DNA of 64,000 bases from Clostridia bacterium (GTDB taxonomy: Bacteria > Bacillota > Clostridia > Christensenellales > UBA1242). Below are positions 51,133 through 61,349 of the stretch, piece after piece. A model generated the notes under the pieces. That model worked only from the letters and a program-made list of their open reading frames with translations. It was not told the DNA's origin and searched no databases. Position numbers and translations under genes: made by a program. Where the stretch lies: assembly GCA_017467625.1 (NCBI GenBank), contig JAFUSN010000002.1:5008-69007 (forward strand), written 5' to 3'. Position 1 is the first letter of the stretch, and each line of letters starts with the position of its first letter.

Positions 51133-52152
51133 ATGAAAAAAGATGTGCTTATTTTAGGAATTGAATCAAGTTGTGACGAGACTTCTGTTTCAGTTGTAAA
51201 AAATGGAAGAGAGGTGCTTTCAAATATAATTTCATCACAAATTGACATTCATAAGCTTTATGGCGGGGTTGTGCCAGAAATTGCTTCAAGAAACCATGTT
51301 ATGAATATTGATGGGGTTTATGAAGAAGCACTTAAAACAGCAGGTGTTACAATTGATGACATTGATGCAATTGCAGTAACTTATGGTGCTGGCCTTTTGG
51401 GTGCGTTAATTGTTGGTGTCAACTTTGCAAAAGCACTTGCCTATGCAACCAAAAAGCCGCTTATTGCGGTTAATCACATTGAGGGTCATATTGCGGCCAA
51501 CTATATTGCTCATGCGGAACTTGAGCCACCTTTTGCGTGTTTAATTGTTTCTGGCGGGCACACAGCGCTTGTTAAAATGGATTCATACACAAGTCGTAAA
51601 CTTATTGGAACAACCACTGATGATGCCATTGGTGAGGCTTTTGATAAAGTTGCTCGTGAATGTGGGCTTGAATATCCAGGTGGACCAAATGTTCAAAAAC
51701 AGGCTGAAAAAGGCTCGGCGAATATAACTTTCACTGGAATGTTGAAGGAAAAAATTACTGATTTTAATTTTTCATACAGCGGCTTAAAAACAGCTGTTAT
51801 AAATTATATTCACAACAAAAAACAAAGGGGCGAAGAAGTTAACGTTCCTGACATTTGTGCAAGTTTTCAGGAAGAGGCTGTTTCACAGGTTGTAAATAAA
51901 TCTGTTTTTGCGCTTAAAAAGTTTGGTTTTGACAAAATTGTTTTAGCTGGGGGAGTGTCGGCAAATTCAAGGCTGCGTAGTATGATGGATGAAAAGGCTT
52001 CTGCGGTGAATGCAAAGGTTTATTATCCACCAGTAAAACTTTGCACTGATAATGCTGCAATGATTGCTGCTGCTGGCTACTATAATTTCATGGCTGGCAA
52101 ATCTATTGTTGATCCAAAAGAACTGGCACCAACCAGCAACATTGCACTTTAA
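51133..52152 (+). CDS. tsaD: tRNA threonylcarbamoyltransferase TsaD
   Basis: GIESSCDET, GGVVPEIASR, HIEGH, VSGGHT, CTDNAAMI. Confidence 0.97.
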   Translation: MKKDVLILGIESSCDETSVSVVKNGREVLSNIISSQIDIHKLYGGVVPEIASRNHVMNIDGVYEEALKTAGVTIDDIDAIAVTYGAGLLGALIVGVNFAKALAYATKKPLIAVNHIEGHIAANYIAHAELEPPFACLIVSGGHTALVKMDSYTSRKLIGTTTDDAIGEAFDKVARECGLEYPGGPNVQKQAEKGSANITFTGMLKEKITDFNFSYSGLKTAVINYIHNKKQRGEEVNVPDICASFQEEAVSQVVNKSVFALKKFGFDKIVLAGGVSANSRLRSMMDEKASAVNAKVYYPPVKLCTDNAAMIAAAGYYNFMAGKSIVDPKELAPTSNIAL

Positions 52153-52298
52153 TAGAGGTGTCATGCCCTTAACGCGCGCGCGTTATAAAATATTTCAAAA
52201 TAAAGTCAAATTTTCTATTGACAGAAAAGGAGGCTTGTGATATTATATGATAGCACCTACCGCGATGGCAAGGTGTTAATTTTTTGAGGAGAAAAATT

Positions 52299-52448
52299 AT
52301 GAGAAATAGAATTACACTTGAATGCACAGAATGTAAGAGTCGTAACTACGATACCTACAAAAACAAAAAGAATGACCCAGACAGATTGACATTCACAAAA
52401 TATTGCCCAGTATGCAAAAAACACACAGCTCATAAAGAATCAAAGTAA
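52299..52448 (+). CDS. rpmG: 50S ribosomal protein L33 (zinc-binding form)
   Basis: Hand translation [17 protein letters not shown]...[15 protein letters not shown]. Confidence 0.97.
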   Translation: MRNRITLECTECKSRNYDTYKNKKNDPDRLTFTKYCPVCKKHTAHKESK

Positions 52449-52461
52449 GTAGGAGAGCGAA

Positions 52462-52803
52462 ATGGCAAAAAATAAAAACAAGCTACCAGCAAGCAGTGAA
52501 ATGGAAAAGTCTGATGAAGTTTTATCTGTAAAGCAAAAACCTTCAAAAGAAGAAATTAAAGCTGCAAAAAAAGCTGAGAAAGAAAAAGCACAAAAGCAAA
52601 ACGCAAAAAAACAAAGAGAAAAGGTTAAGAGAAACAGAGCAAAGGAAACTGTTTCAGAACTTAAAAAAGTTTCTTGGCCAACCTTTGGAAAAGCTGCAAA
52701 ACAAACAGGTGCAGTTTTGGTTGTTGTTGCTATTTTTACGCTTGTCGTTTTAGGTATTGATACGCTTCTTGCTTGGCTTTTGAAACTGATTATTAATATA
52801 TAA
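52462..52803 (+). CDS. secE: Preprotein translocase SecE
   Basis: ELKKVSWP plus TM helix; synteny. Confidence 0.93.
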   Translation: MAKNKNKLPASSEMEKSDEVLSVKQKPSKEEIKAAKKAEKEKAQKQNAKKQREKVKRNRAKETVSELKKVSWPTFGKAAKQTGAVLVVVAIFTLVVLGIDTLLAWLLKLIINI

Positions 52804-52820
52804 TTTAGAAGGATAAGAAC

Positions 52821-53360
52821 ATGATTGATTTATCAAAGTTAGATGAGCCAAAGTGGTATGTGCTTCACACATTCACTGGCTATGAAGCAATGGCAGTTGA
52901 CAGTCTTAATAAATGTATTGCAAAAAACAATCTTCAAGACTACATTTTGGAAGTTAGAATTCCAATGGAAACAGTTATTGAAGAAGGCAAAAATGGAAAG
53001 AAAAAGGCTGTTGAGAAAAAACTTTTCCCTTGCTATATCTTGATAAAAATGAGATATACTGATAGCCTTTGGCACACAATTGTCAACACAAGGGGTGTTA
53101 CTGGTTTTGTTGGTCCTCAAGGTCGTCCACTTCCACTCACAGAAGAGGAAGTTAAAAAGATGAAACTTGAAAAGACAGTTGTTGACATTAAAGTTGAACC
53201 AGGTCAAAAAGTTAAGATGATTGATGGTGCTCTTGAAGGTTTTGTTGGAACAGTTATCTCAGTTGACAGTGAAAATGGAAAATGCAAAGCTGAAGTTGAA
53301 ATGTTTGGCAGACCAACAGCTGTTGATGTTGATTTATCACAAATTGAAATTCTTGATTAA
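52821..53360 (+). CDS. nusG: Transcription factor NusG
   Basis: WYVLHT, VTGFVG, KOW, MFGRPT. Confidence 0.97.
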   Translation: MIDLSKLDEPKWYVLHTFTGYEAMAVDSLNKCIAKNNLQDYILEVRIPMETVIEEGKNGKKKAVEKKLFPCYILIKMRYTDSLWHTIVNTRGVTGFVGPQGRPLPLTEEEVKKMKLEKTVVDIKVEPGQKVKMIDGALEGFVGTVISVDSENGKCKAEVEMFGRPTAVDVDLSQIEILD

Positions 53361-53395
53361 TTTGTTATATTCGGGTTGCCGCCCGTTTATATAAA

Positions 53396-53432
53396 GTGGG
53401 AGAGGTAAATTTTTCATGCCTCAACAAACCAC
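53396..53432 (+). promoter_or_regulatory. L1-binding leader element upstream of rplK
   Basis: GTGGGAG...AAACCAC motif. Confidence 0.65.
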
Positions 53433-53465
53433 ATTATCCTAAAGTTTAGGATAAAGGAGAAATTT

Positions 53466-53897
53466 ATGGCAGCAAAAAAGAAAATTAAAGCAGTCGTAAA
53501 AATCCAAATTCCTGCTGGAAAAGCAACCGCAGGTCCTCCAATTGGTTCAAGTCTTGGACCTCATGGAATTAACATTGGTCAATTTGTTAAGGATTTTAAC
53601 GATAAAACTGCAGGACAAGCTGGACTTGTTATTCCAGTTGTCATGACTATCTATGAAGATAGAAGTTTTGAATTTATTTTGAAGACACCACCTGTAGCCG
53701 TTCTTATTTTAAAAGAACTTGGAATGGAAAAGGGTTCAGGTTCTCCAAAAGCAACAAAAGTCGGAAAACTTACCGCAGCTCAAGTTGAGAAAATTGCAAA
53801 AATTAAATTACCAGATCTCAACACAACAAGCTTAGAATCAGCTAAGAGCATGGTTAAGGGAACTGCTCGTTCAATGGGCGTTACAGTAGTAGACTAG
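53466..53897 (+). CDS. rplK: 50S ribosomal protein L11
   Basis: [22 protein letters not shown]. Confidence 0.98.
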   Translation: MAAKKKIKAVVKIQIPAGKATAGPPIGSSLGPHGINIGQFVKDFNDKTAGQAGLVIPVVMTIYEDRSFEFILKTPPVAVLILKELGMEKGSGSPKATKVGKLTAAQVEKIAKIKLPDLNTTSLESAKSMVKGTARSMGVTVVD

Positions 53898-53907
53898 GAG
53901 GCAGATT

Positions 53908-54597
53908 ATGAAACACGGAAAGAATTACGAAAACGCAGCAAAGAAAATTGAAGCAGGCAAACTTTATGAGCCAGCTGATGCTCTTGGACTTGCAATTGAA
54001 ACCGCTCCAGCAAAGTTTGATGAAACAATTGAAATTCACATTCGTTTAGGTGTTGACCCAAGATCAGCAGATCAACAAGTTCGTGGAAGTGTTGTTCTTC
54101 CAAACGGAACTGGTAAAACAGCAAAAGTTGTTGTTATTGCTAAAGGCGATAAAGCTGATGCAGCAAAAGCAGCAGGTGCTGATGTAGTTGGTGCAGAAGA
54201 AATTATTGACAAAATCATGAAAGAAAACTGGCTTGATTTTGATGTATGTATCACAACCCCAGACATGATGGGACTCGTTGGAAGATGTGCTCGTGTTCTT
54301 GGACCTAGAGGACTTATGCCAAACCCAAAAAGTGGAACAGTTACAATGGATGTTGAAAAAGCAATTCATGATGTTAAAGCTGGTAAGGTTGAATACAGAG
54401 TTGACAAATTTGGTATTGTTCATGCCGCAATTGGTAAAAAGAGTTTTGGTGTTGAAAAACTCCTTGAAAACTATGACACATTTGTTGATGCAATTGTTAA
54501 AGCAAAACCACAAGCTGCAAAAGGACAATATATTAAATCTGTTAATGTTGCAAGCACAATGGGACCTGGAGTTAAAGTTATTTACAGAGTTAAATAG
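53908..54597 (+). CDS. rplA: 50S ribosomal protein L1
   Basis: [24 protein letters not shown]. Confidence 0.98.
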   Translation: MKHGKNYENAAKKIEAGKLYEPADALGLAIETAPAKFDETIEIHIRLGVDPRSADQQVRGSVVLPNGTGKTAKVVVIAKGDKADAAKAAGADVVGAEEIIDKIMKENWLDFDVCITTPDMMGLVGRCARVLGPRGLMPNPKSGTVTMDVEKAIHDVKAGKVEYRVDKFGIVHAAIGKKSFGVEKLLENYDTFVDAIVKAKPQAAKGQYIKSVNVASTMGPGVKVIYRVK

Positions 54598-54702
54598 TTT
54601 TAAAGTTAAAAGCCTAGGTATGTCTAGGCTTTTTTTATGTCTTTTTTTGTAATTGATATTGAAATGGTTAAGAAATTATTATATAATAGATAAGGTTTAA
54701 TT

Positions 54703-55890
54703 ATGAAAGTAGAAGATAGTTTTAAGTTTGATCAAGAAGTTATTGATTTCATGGAACAAGTTAGAAATGGCAATGTAATCACATCTGCCAGTCTTTTTCG
54801 TGAGGCAGTTTCTATTTTAAATGCTCCAATTAGTTTAGATTTGGATATTGCAACAAAAAAACAAATGTCAAGTTTAAAAGAACAAATTAAACTTGCCTTT
54901 GTTAAACTTTTTAGAGAAGAAATTGAAACAAAAAATCCAATTATAGGAAAGAATATTTATTTAATTTATAGATATATTGCCTCATATAAGGCATTTGCGG
55001 ATTTGATTGATTCAAAAGAAGCTGTTCGAACTGGAGCCCAAAATTGCCAAAATTTAATTCAATATGCTGAAAATGTTTGGAATCTCATGCATAAGGAAAA
55101 TTTACCATCATATCAACTTGAGTATTTAAACAATTTCAATCCAAAAGATTACAGCAAATTTATTGCAAACTTTGGAACAGTTGTTGATATTTCAAGAGCA
55201 TTTGAAAAAACAGGGCATATGATTGATTTGAATGCTCTCACAAATGAACTTAAAGATGCCTATAAAATTTATTACACAACGGCAAATATTTTTAATCCAA
55301 GGTATGGATTTAGTGATGTTGAAAGAAGAATTCCAATCCAAAATTTATCTGGAAATATGAATGTTGGAAGAAATATTTCTGCTGAAAGTTTTATGCAGTT
55401 TATTCAATATCCTGGAACAAATGCAAGGGGAATTTCAACCGGACTTGAAGTTGCAAGCTGGAATGATGAATCGCTTGAAGTGTTGAAAAGAGAAAAAATG
55501 GATATTTTGAGGCTAGCTGATGCCCCTGAAGTTGTTATTGCATCACTGATTGTGTGTTTAAGTAAACTTAATTTTAAAGATGGAGTGAATTACTTGACTA
55601 AATTTTATACTCCAAACTTTGAAAACGATCAAGAAAAAATGTATTGGAATGATTTTATTAATCACTTACCATTTGAAACGGAAGCGCCAGTTGATAAAAA
55701 TGCGCAAAATAAGCATGAAATTGATAAAGAAAAACATGCTGAATTTTTGAGATTATTCAAAAATGATGTGATAGAAAGAGTTCAGGCCGGTGAAAGTGAA
55801 ACAACCATTGTTAGGTCATGGCAAAACCCTGAAGAAAAGGAAATAATTTATTCAGTTTTGGCTCCTAATGTTTTTGAAACAAATAAATAA
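54703..55890 (+). CDS. Orphan hypothetical protein
   Basis: 395 aa; own -10; convergent with 55918..56700 on a shared terminator. Confidence 0.8.
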   Translation: MKVEDSFKFDQEVIDFMEQVRNGNVITSASLFREAVSILNAPISLDLDIATKKQMSSLKEQIKLAFVKLFREEIETKNPIIGKNIYLIYRYIASYKAFADLIDSKEAVRTGAQNCQNLIQYAENVWNLMHKENLPSYQLEYLNNFNPKDYSKFIANFGTVVDISRAFEKTGHMIDLNALTNELKDAYKIYYTTANIFNPRYGFSDVERRIPIQNLSGNMNVGRNISAESFMQFIQYPGTNARGISTGLEVASWNDESLEVLKREKMDILRLADAPEVVIASLIVCLSKLNFKDGVNYLTKFYTPNFENDQEKMYWNDFINHLPFETEAPVDKNAQNKHEIDKEKHAEFLRLFKNDVIERVQAGESETTIVRSWQNPEEKEIIYSVLAPNVFETNK

Positions 55891-55917
55891 AAACCTTGGA
55901 AATTTCCAAGGTTTTTT

Positions 55918-56700
55918 TTATTCGCTAATTTCATTTATTATACTTTGCATATCTCCAAATCTTTTTGTTGCATTTTTAATAATTTTTCTATCTTTGTAAT
56001 GACCAGAAATAAATTCAATTGAGTGTTTGGTTGGTTCAAAAATTGACTTATATGGAACAGGTAATGATTCCGCAAATTTTGAAAATTTTTCAATAATTTC
56101 GTAAGGCAAATTTGATGGTTGACTAGGAATTCTTCCAAAGACATTTTTTGTTATGTAATCATTTATCACAACTTCTGGTGTTAAAAGAACTGCTCCGCCT
56201 AAAATTTTTGTTCCCCTTGAACAGAAGGTTGAAAAATCAGTTGGGTTGAATTTTGGTTGAGACTCATTTTCATAAAATTCATCTTGTGTTAAATTTGGAT
56301 TTGTTTTTAATGCTTTTTTAAATTTTCTATTTAAAACATCTTGAATTGCATTTGATGAAAATTTAAATTTTGAATATTGATTTTCAACAAACATTCTAGT
56401 GTTAAGTTCAATTTCATTTTGACTATTGTCTTCAATTTCAACTTCAATTATGTTTGGATTTTTTGGCGATGGATAAAATAAAATTTTGTTATAAACACAA
56501 TTCACAAAACCATGAGTTGAATCACCAGTATATTGAATCATGTCAAAAGGATTAAAAACTGACAAATTAAATGGCTTAATTTTTTCAGGTGACTCGTGCA
56601 ATGGCGAAAAAGCAGCTGAATTTTCAGTTGCTGGCGATATTGTTGGTATTTGCTTTCTTGCTTCATTTAATTCTTCTATGCTAATTTTGTTTACTGACAT
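55918..56700 (-). CDS. Orphan hypothetical protein
   Basis: 260 aa; GAGG RBS; TTGAAA...TGATATACT promoter. Confidence 0.8.
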   Translation of the reverse strand: MSVNKISIEELNEARKQIPTISPATENSAAFSPLHESPEKIKPFNLSVFNPFDMIQYTGDSTHGFVNCVYNKILFYPSPKNPNIIEVEIEDNSQNEIELNTRMFVENQYSKFKFSSNAIQDVLNRKFKKALKTNPNLTQDEFYENESQPKFNPTDFSTFCSRGTKILGGAVLLTPEVVINDYITKNVFGRIPSQPSNLPYEIIEKFSKFAESLPVPYKSIFEPTKHSIEFISGHYKDRKIIKNATKRFGDMQSIINEISE

Positions 56701-56871
56701 TAAAAATTCCTCTAAAAATTGTGGTAAAATACCATTTCTATCTAAAACAATATAAGTATATCATGTGAATTTGTGTTTTTCAATACCCTTTAAAAAATTT
56801 ATTGAAGTTTTTTGGCAAAAGGATTGACATTTTTTTTATAATAGGTATAATATTCATTGTTAAAAATACAA

Positions 56872-56986
56872 GTGCCGAAGACAGCAAGTGGGGTATCCCT
56901 TAAATATCTTGCCGAGGAATGTAAGAATTTTCTATTTTAGTTAGATAAAAGCCTTATGTTCCACCAGCGAGCATAAGGTTTTTTTT
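56872..56986 (+). promoter_or_regulatory. L10 leader (ribosomal protein attenuator)
   Basis: CCGAAGACAG...TTAA...GCCGAGG followed by a terminator hairpin, upstream of rplJ. Confidence 0.85.
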
Positions 56987-57016
56987 AACGCTTCACACTA
57001 AAATAGGAGGAAAAAC

Positions 57017-57505
57017 ATGTCAGCAAATTTTGAAAACAAAAAAGTGGTTGTAAGCGAAATTGAAGAACTTGCTAAAAATGCAAAGTCAATCGTGCTTGTT
57101 GACTACCGCGGACTTACAGTTGCTCAAGTAACTGAACTTCGTAACACAGTTCGTGAAGCTGGCGGAACTTACAAGGTTTACAAAAACAGACTTATGAAGC
57201 TTGCTTTTGATAAACTTGGAATTACATTCCCAGCATCTGACTTTGAAGGTACAACAGCCGTTTTGTTCCATTCAACTGACGAAGTTGCTCCTGCTAAAAT
57301 TGCACTTGATGGTTCAAAGAAATTCAATGTTTTGAAACTTAAATCAGGTTATGTAAGCGGAAAATATTATGATGCAAACGAAATCACAACTCTCGCTAAC
57401 ATTCCATCAAGAGAAGTTTTGGTTGGCCAACTTCTCGGGCTTCTTACAAACCCAATGCGCTCACTTGCTGTGGCTGTAAGTGAAATTGCAAAGAAAAATG
57501 CATAA
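57017..57505 (+). CDS. rplJ: 50S ribosomal protein L10
   Basis: DYRGLTVAQ..LR, VYKNRL. Confidence 0.97.
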   Translation: MSANFENKKVVVSEIEELAKNAKSIVLVDYRGLTVAQVTELRNTVREAGGTYKVYKNRLMKLAFDKLGITFPASDFEGTTAVLFHSTDEVAPAKIALDGSKKFNVLKLKSGYVSGKYYDANEITTLANIPSREVLVGQLLGLLTNPMRSLAVAVSEIAKKNA

Positions 57506-57592
57506 TTTTAATTTAATTATTTAATTTTTTATATTTTAGTCACAAGATTTTAATAAATAAAACAAAATTTATATCATTAGGAGAAAATAAAA

Positions 57593-57967
57593 ATGGCAGA
57601 TATTAAGAAATTTATTGAAGACATTAAGGGTATGACAGTTGTTGAACTTAATGATCTTGTTAAAGCTATTGAAGAAGAATTTGGAGTTTCAGCAGCAGCT
57701 ATGGCAGTTGCAGCTCCAGCAGCTGGTGCAGGTGCTGCAGCAGCTGAAGAAGAAAAAACTGAATTCAATGTTGTGCTTAAAGATGTTGGCGCAAACAAAA
57801 TTGCAGTTATTAAAGTTGTTCGTGAAATCACAGGACTTGGCCTTGCTGAATCAAAGGCAATGGTTGATGGTGCTCCAAGCACAATTAAAGAAGGCGTTGC
57901 AAAAGAAGCAGCTGAAGAAATGGTTGCAAAATTCAAAGAAGCAGGCGCTACAGCTGAACTTAAATAA
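57593..57967 (+). CDS. rplL: 50S ribosomal protein L7/L12
   Basis: [31 protein letters not shown]. Confidence 0.98.
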   Translation: MADIKKFIEDIKGMTVVELNDLVKAIEEEFGVSAAAMAVAAPAAGAGAAAAEEEKTEFNVVLKDVGANKIAVIKVVREITGLGLAESKAMVDGAPSTIKEGVAKEAAEEMVAKFKEAGATAELK

Positions 57968-58079
57968 TTTTAGCAAAAAATTAAGTGTGAAGATAAGGCA
58001 GACGAATTTGTCTGCCTTTTTATTTGACAAAAAATTGTAAATAAAATATATTTATCTTATTAAAAAATTAGGAGATAAT

Positions 58080-59393
58080 ATGGAGAAAAATAATGTTATT
58101 TTACAAGAAAATTGTAAAAAAGACAAAGTAAAAACAATTTTGTTTGTTGTTATGATTGTGTCATTTCTTTGTGCATTGTTTTCAACAATTTTTTGTGTGT
58201 CACTTTATGAACATACATTCAGTGATTTTGCTGAAACTCTATCATATTGCATGATGCAAAATCCATACAACGGTGTTGATGGTGCTCGTTCAATTTATCC
58301 ACCTATTGCATTTTTACCATTTTATTTGTTCGCTTTAATTTGCAAACCTGAACTTGCTCAATATTTGGAAAACATTAAAAATTTATCACCTTCAGAAAGT
58401 TATTATCCATATATGGTTGAGCTTTCGCAAACAACCAACTTTAGAATTGCATTTATTTTGTTTTATTTAATAGTCACTGCATTAATTTTGCTTGTCGTTG
58501 CAAAAATGTCAAAATTTAAGGGAACAAAACTTGTCTATTTATTGATTTCAGTATTTTGTTTTTCACCATTTGTTTATGCATTTTGCAGGGGAAATAACAT
58601 CATTTTGGTTGGACTTTTGGTTCTCTTGTTTTTCTGGCTTTATAATAGTGAAAAGAGATGGCAGAGGGAACTTGCCAATGTTTGTTTGGCTGCCGCTGCT
58701 GCAATTAAAATTTATCCACTTTTGATTGCTTTATTCTTTATTAAAGATAGAAGATGGATGGATTTGCTTAAAACTATTTGTTATGCACTTGCTTTAATTT
58801 TCCTCCCATTCTTACTCATCAAAGGTGGATTTGGAAATATTAGAGAAATTTGGAATAATTTCACAACATTTAACTCTGGATCAGGAAGAAATGAATCTTG
58901 GGGAAATATTGGATTTGACTTATTTGCTTCAAAAATTGGACTTTCACTTTTTGGCTCAAAAACGCTTTATTCGTTGCTTAGCAAGTTTTTAAGATATGGA
59001 GCAATCATTGTTACACTTGTTGCAATTGTTTTAAGTAAAAATACAAAACATAAATTTCAACCAGCGCTTATGGTTATTTTAACTTATGAGCTTTGGATGG
59101 GTGTTTCATATTATTACACAATGTGTGCGTTGATTTATCCAGTTATTATGTATATAATTTGTTTTAATGATTTATCAAAATTTGATAAATGGTTTTATGG
59201 AATTTGTTTTGCGTTTATTGCAATTCCAGTTCCATTCTGGTTCATATTCGAAAACTTCTTTGTTTGTCAACTTGCAGGAATTGCGCTTTTAATTAAAACA
59301 TACATTGACTTGTTCACCGATTTTCAAGCCAGAAAAAAACATAAACCACTTGAAAAAGTTGAAACCAAGGAAATTGAAAGACAAGAAAAATGA
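58080..59393 (+). CDS. GT-C polytopic glycosyltransferase (GT87-like)
   Basis: YPP, RGN, IKIYP motifs, many TM helices. Confidence 0.8.
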   Translation: MEKNNVILQENCKKDKVKTILFVVMIVSFLCALFSTIFCVSLYEHTFSDFAETLSYCMMQNPYNGVDGARSIYPPIAFLPFYLFALICKPELAQYLENIKNLSPSESYYPYMVELSQTTNFRIAFILFYLIVTALILLVVAKMSKFKGTKLVYLLISVFCFSPFVYAFCRGNNIILVGLLVLLFFWLYNSEKRWQRELANVCLAAAAAIKIYPLLIALFFIKDRRWMDLLKTICYALALIFLPFLLIKGGFGNIREIWNNFTTFNSGSGRNESWGNIGFDLFASKIGLSLFGSKTLYSLLSKFLRYGAIIVTLVAIVLSKNTKHKFQPALMVILTYELWMGVSYYYTMCALIYPVIMYIICFNDLSKFDKWFYGICFAFIAIPVPFWFIFENFFVCQLAGIALLIKTYIDLFTDFQARKKHKPLEKVETKEIERQEK

Positions 59394-59524
59394 CGGCTAA
59401 TTAACCTACAACATAATTAACAAGAAATCAATCACAAAAAGAGCAACAAAAGTTGCTCTTTTTTATATTTAAAAAATTGTATTCAATAATTAAAAGTGGT
59501 ATAATTTTTTTAAGGAGAAAGTTT

Positions 59525-60400
59525 ATGCATAAATATAGAGATACAGAAAAATGTTGGTGTAAAAGTGGGAAGTTATATAAAGATTGCCACAAAGAATTTG
59601 ATATTAAACTTGAAGAGTTAAAAAAACAGGGAAATATTATTCCGCCACACAAATGGATTAAAAATGACGACCAAATTAAAGGAATTAAAGAAGCAAGCAG
59701 AATTAACACTTTAATTTTGGATAGAGTTACCCGCGAAATTCATGAGGGTATGACAACTCAAGATATTGATGATATTGTTATGGATGAAACTAAAAAACTT
59801 GGTGGAATTCCATCATGCTTAGGTTATGAAGGGTTTCCAAAAAGTGTTTGCACCTCTGTTAACAATGTTGTTTGCCATGGAATTCCAAGCAAAGATGTTG
59901 TTTTAAAATCTGGCGACATTGTTAATGTTGATTGCACAACTGAAGTTAATGGATTTTTTGGTGATTCATCAAGAATGTTTGAAATTGGAAAAGTTTCAAA
60001 AGAAGCGCACAGGCTTGTTGAAGTTACGAAAGAGTGCTTGGATATTGCAGTAAAAAATTTAAAGCCATGGGTTTCACATCTTGGCGATATTGGTTATTAT
60101 GTTTCAAAACATGCACGTGAAAATGGTTATTCTGTTGTTCGTGAACTTGGTGGTCACGGTGTGGGGCTTGCAATGCATGAGGATCCATTTGTTTCGCACC
60201 TGGGGAAAATGGGCGAAGGAGTTTTGCTTGTTCCTGGAATGGTGTTTACAATTGAGCCAATGATAAATCAAGGAAGAGCAGGTGTTTGCATTGATGATTC
60301 TGATGGTTGGACAGTTTACACATGGGACGACAGTTTGTCAGCTCAGTGGGAATATACCCTTGTGATGACCGAACATGGTTTAGAAATTTTATCTAAATAA
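59525..60400 (+). CDS. map: Methionine aminopeptidase with N-terminal SEC-C motif
   Basis: CWCKSGKLYKDCH, VCHGIP, GHGVG...HE, TIEPMIN; ATG 59525 after AGGAG. Confidence 0.96.
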   Translation: MHKYRDTEKCWCKSGKLYKDCHKEFDIKLEELKKQGNIIPPHKWIKNDDQIKGIKEASRINTLILDRVTREIHEGMTTQDIDDIVMDETKKLGGIPSCLGYEGFPKSVCTSVNNVVCHGIPSKDVVLKSGDIVNVDCTTEVNGFFGDSSRMFEIGKVSKEAHRLVEVTKECLDIAVKNLKPWVSHLGDIGYYVSKHARENGYSVVRELGGHGVGLAMHEDPFVSHLGKMGEGVLLVPGMVFTIEPMINQGRAGVCIDDSDGWTVYTWDDSLSAQWEYTLVMTEHGLEILSK

Positions 60401-60458
60401 GTTGAGTATTGACGAAATGATTATTTCATGGTAAACTAAAGCATGTTAGGAGAAATTT

Positions 60459-60968
60459 ATGATTAACAAAATTTGGGGCAATGCCACTGAAAAATATTTT
60501 CCAAAAAATTATAAAAACGAAATGCTTGAAGTTTATAGTGGAACAAACGGAAATTTAGATGATTTGTTTCTTTCAATAGTTGAGCTTTTAAATGCGTTTG
60601 AAAGCGGAAATCAAACAGAAATTACGGAACACATTCATGCAAGTGTTGATGCATCAACGCTTGCCGTTAGAATGTCAACTAACATTCAAGAAAGGGAAGC
60701 AGTGCTACAAACAGGAATTTGTGATTATTTATCTCCAATTATGGAAAAATCATTCTATGCGCCAGAATTTTTTGAGGAAATGCTTAAGCATTATCCTAAA
60801 AAGCAAAAAATGATTTTAGGTGGTTTAATTAAACTTCCAACTAAAAATTTTTTAAATAAATATTTGAAATCTAAGTTCGAAAATTCGCAAAAAATGATTG
60901 AATTACGCAAAAATAAACTTAATTTTGATGAAAATGGAAAATTAAAAACAATTCAAATGGGGGAATAG
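60459..60968 (+). CDS. Orphan protein (ends IQMGE)
   Basis: 169 aa; TTGACG-17-TAAACT promoter, AGGAG RBS. Confidence 0.8.
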   Translation: MINKIWGNATEKYFPKNYKNEMLEVYSGTNGNLDDLFLSIVELLNAFESGNQTEITEHIHASVDASTLAVRMSTNIQEREAVLQTGICDYLSPIMEKSFYAPEFFEEMLKHYPKKQKMILGGLIKLPTKNFLNKYLKSKFENSQKMIELRKNKLNFDENGKLKTIQMGE

Positions 60969-60971
60969 GAA

Positions 60972-61313
60972 ATGAAATTAAAACAAGCAAGAGAAATTAT
61001 TTCTCATTATCATGATTTAAATGAGCTTAATGAGGCAGTTGCTTTTATTTTTGAAAATGCAAGTGCAAAGGAAATTCTTGATTTATTATTTTATTTGGAA
61101 AACTTAAATTATTTTGATTCAACTGACAGACCTTATGACAGAAAAGATTTTGTTTTAAAAATTCTTTCAATTGGTGATAAAAAAGTTTTAGAAGAACTTT
61201 GTGATGAACGAAATATTGATTTGTGTTTAGGGAAAAACATTGACCTTTATAGTCGTGCGATGAGTGAGTTTAATGAACTAAAAACACAAAAGCAACCAGG
61301 AGAAGATCAATAA
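60972..61313 (+). CDS. Orphan protein (ends QKQPGEDQ)
   Basis: 113 aa, 3 nt after the previous stop, followed by a terminator. Confidence 0.75.
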   Translation: MKLKQAREIISHYHDLNELNEAVAFIFENASAKEILDLLFYLENLNYFDSTDRPYDRKDFVLKILSIGDKKVLEELCDERNIDLCLGKNIDLYSRAMSEFNELKTQKQPGEDQ

Positions 61314-61349
61314 AAAAACAGGCAGTTGCCTGTTTTTTTATTTGTTTCA

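Noticed and set aside
59525-59590. SEC-C zinc motif fused to methionine aminopeptidase as a novelty
   Set aside because: A known architecture in Clostridia
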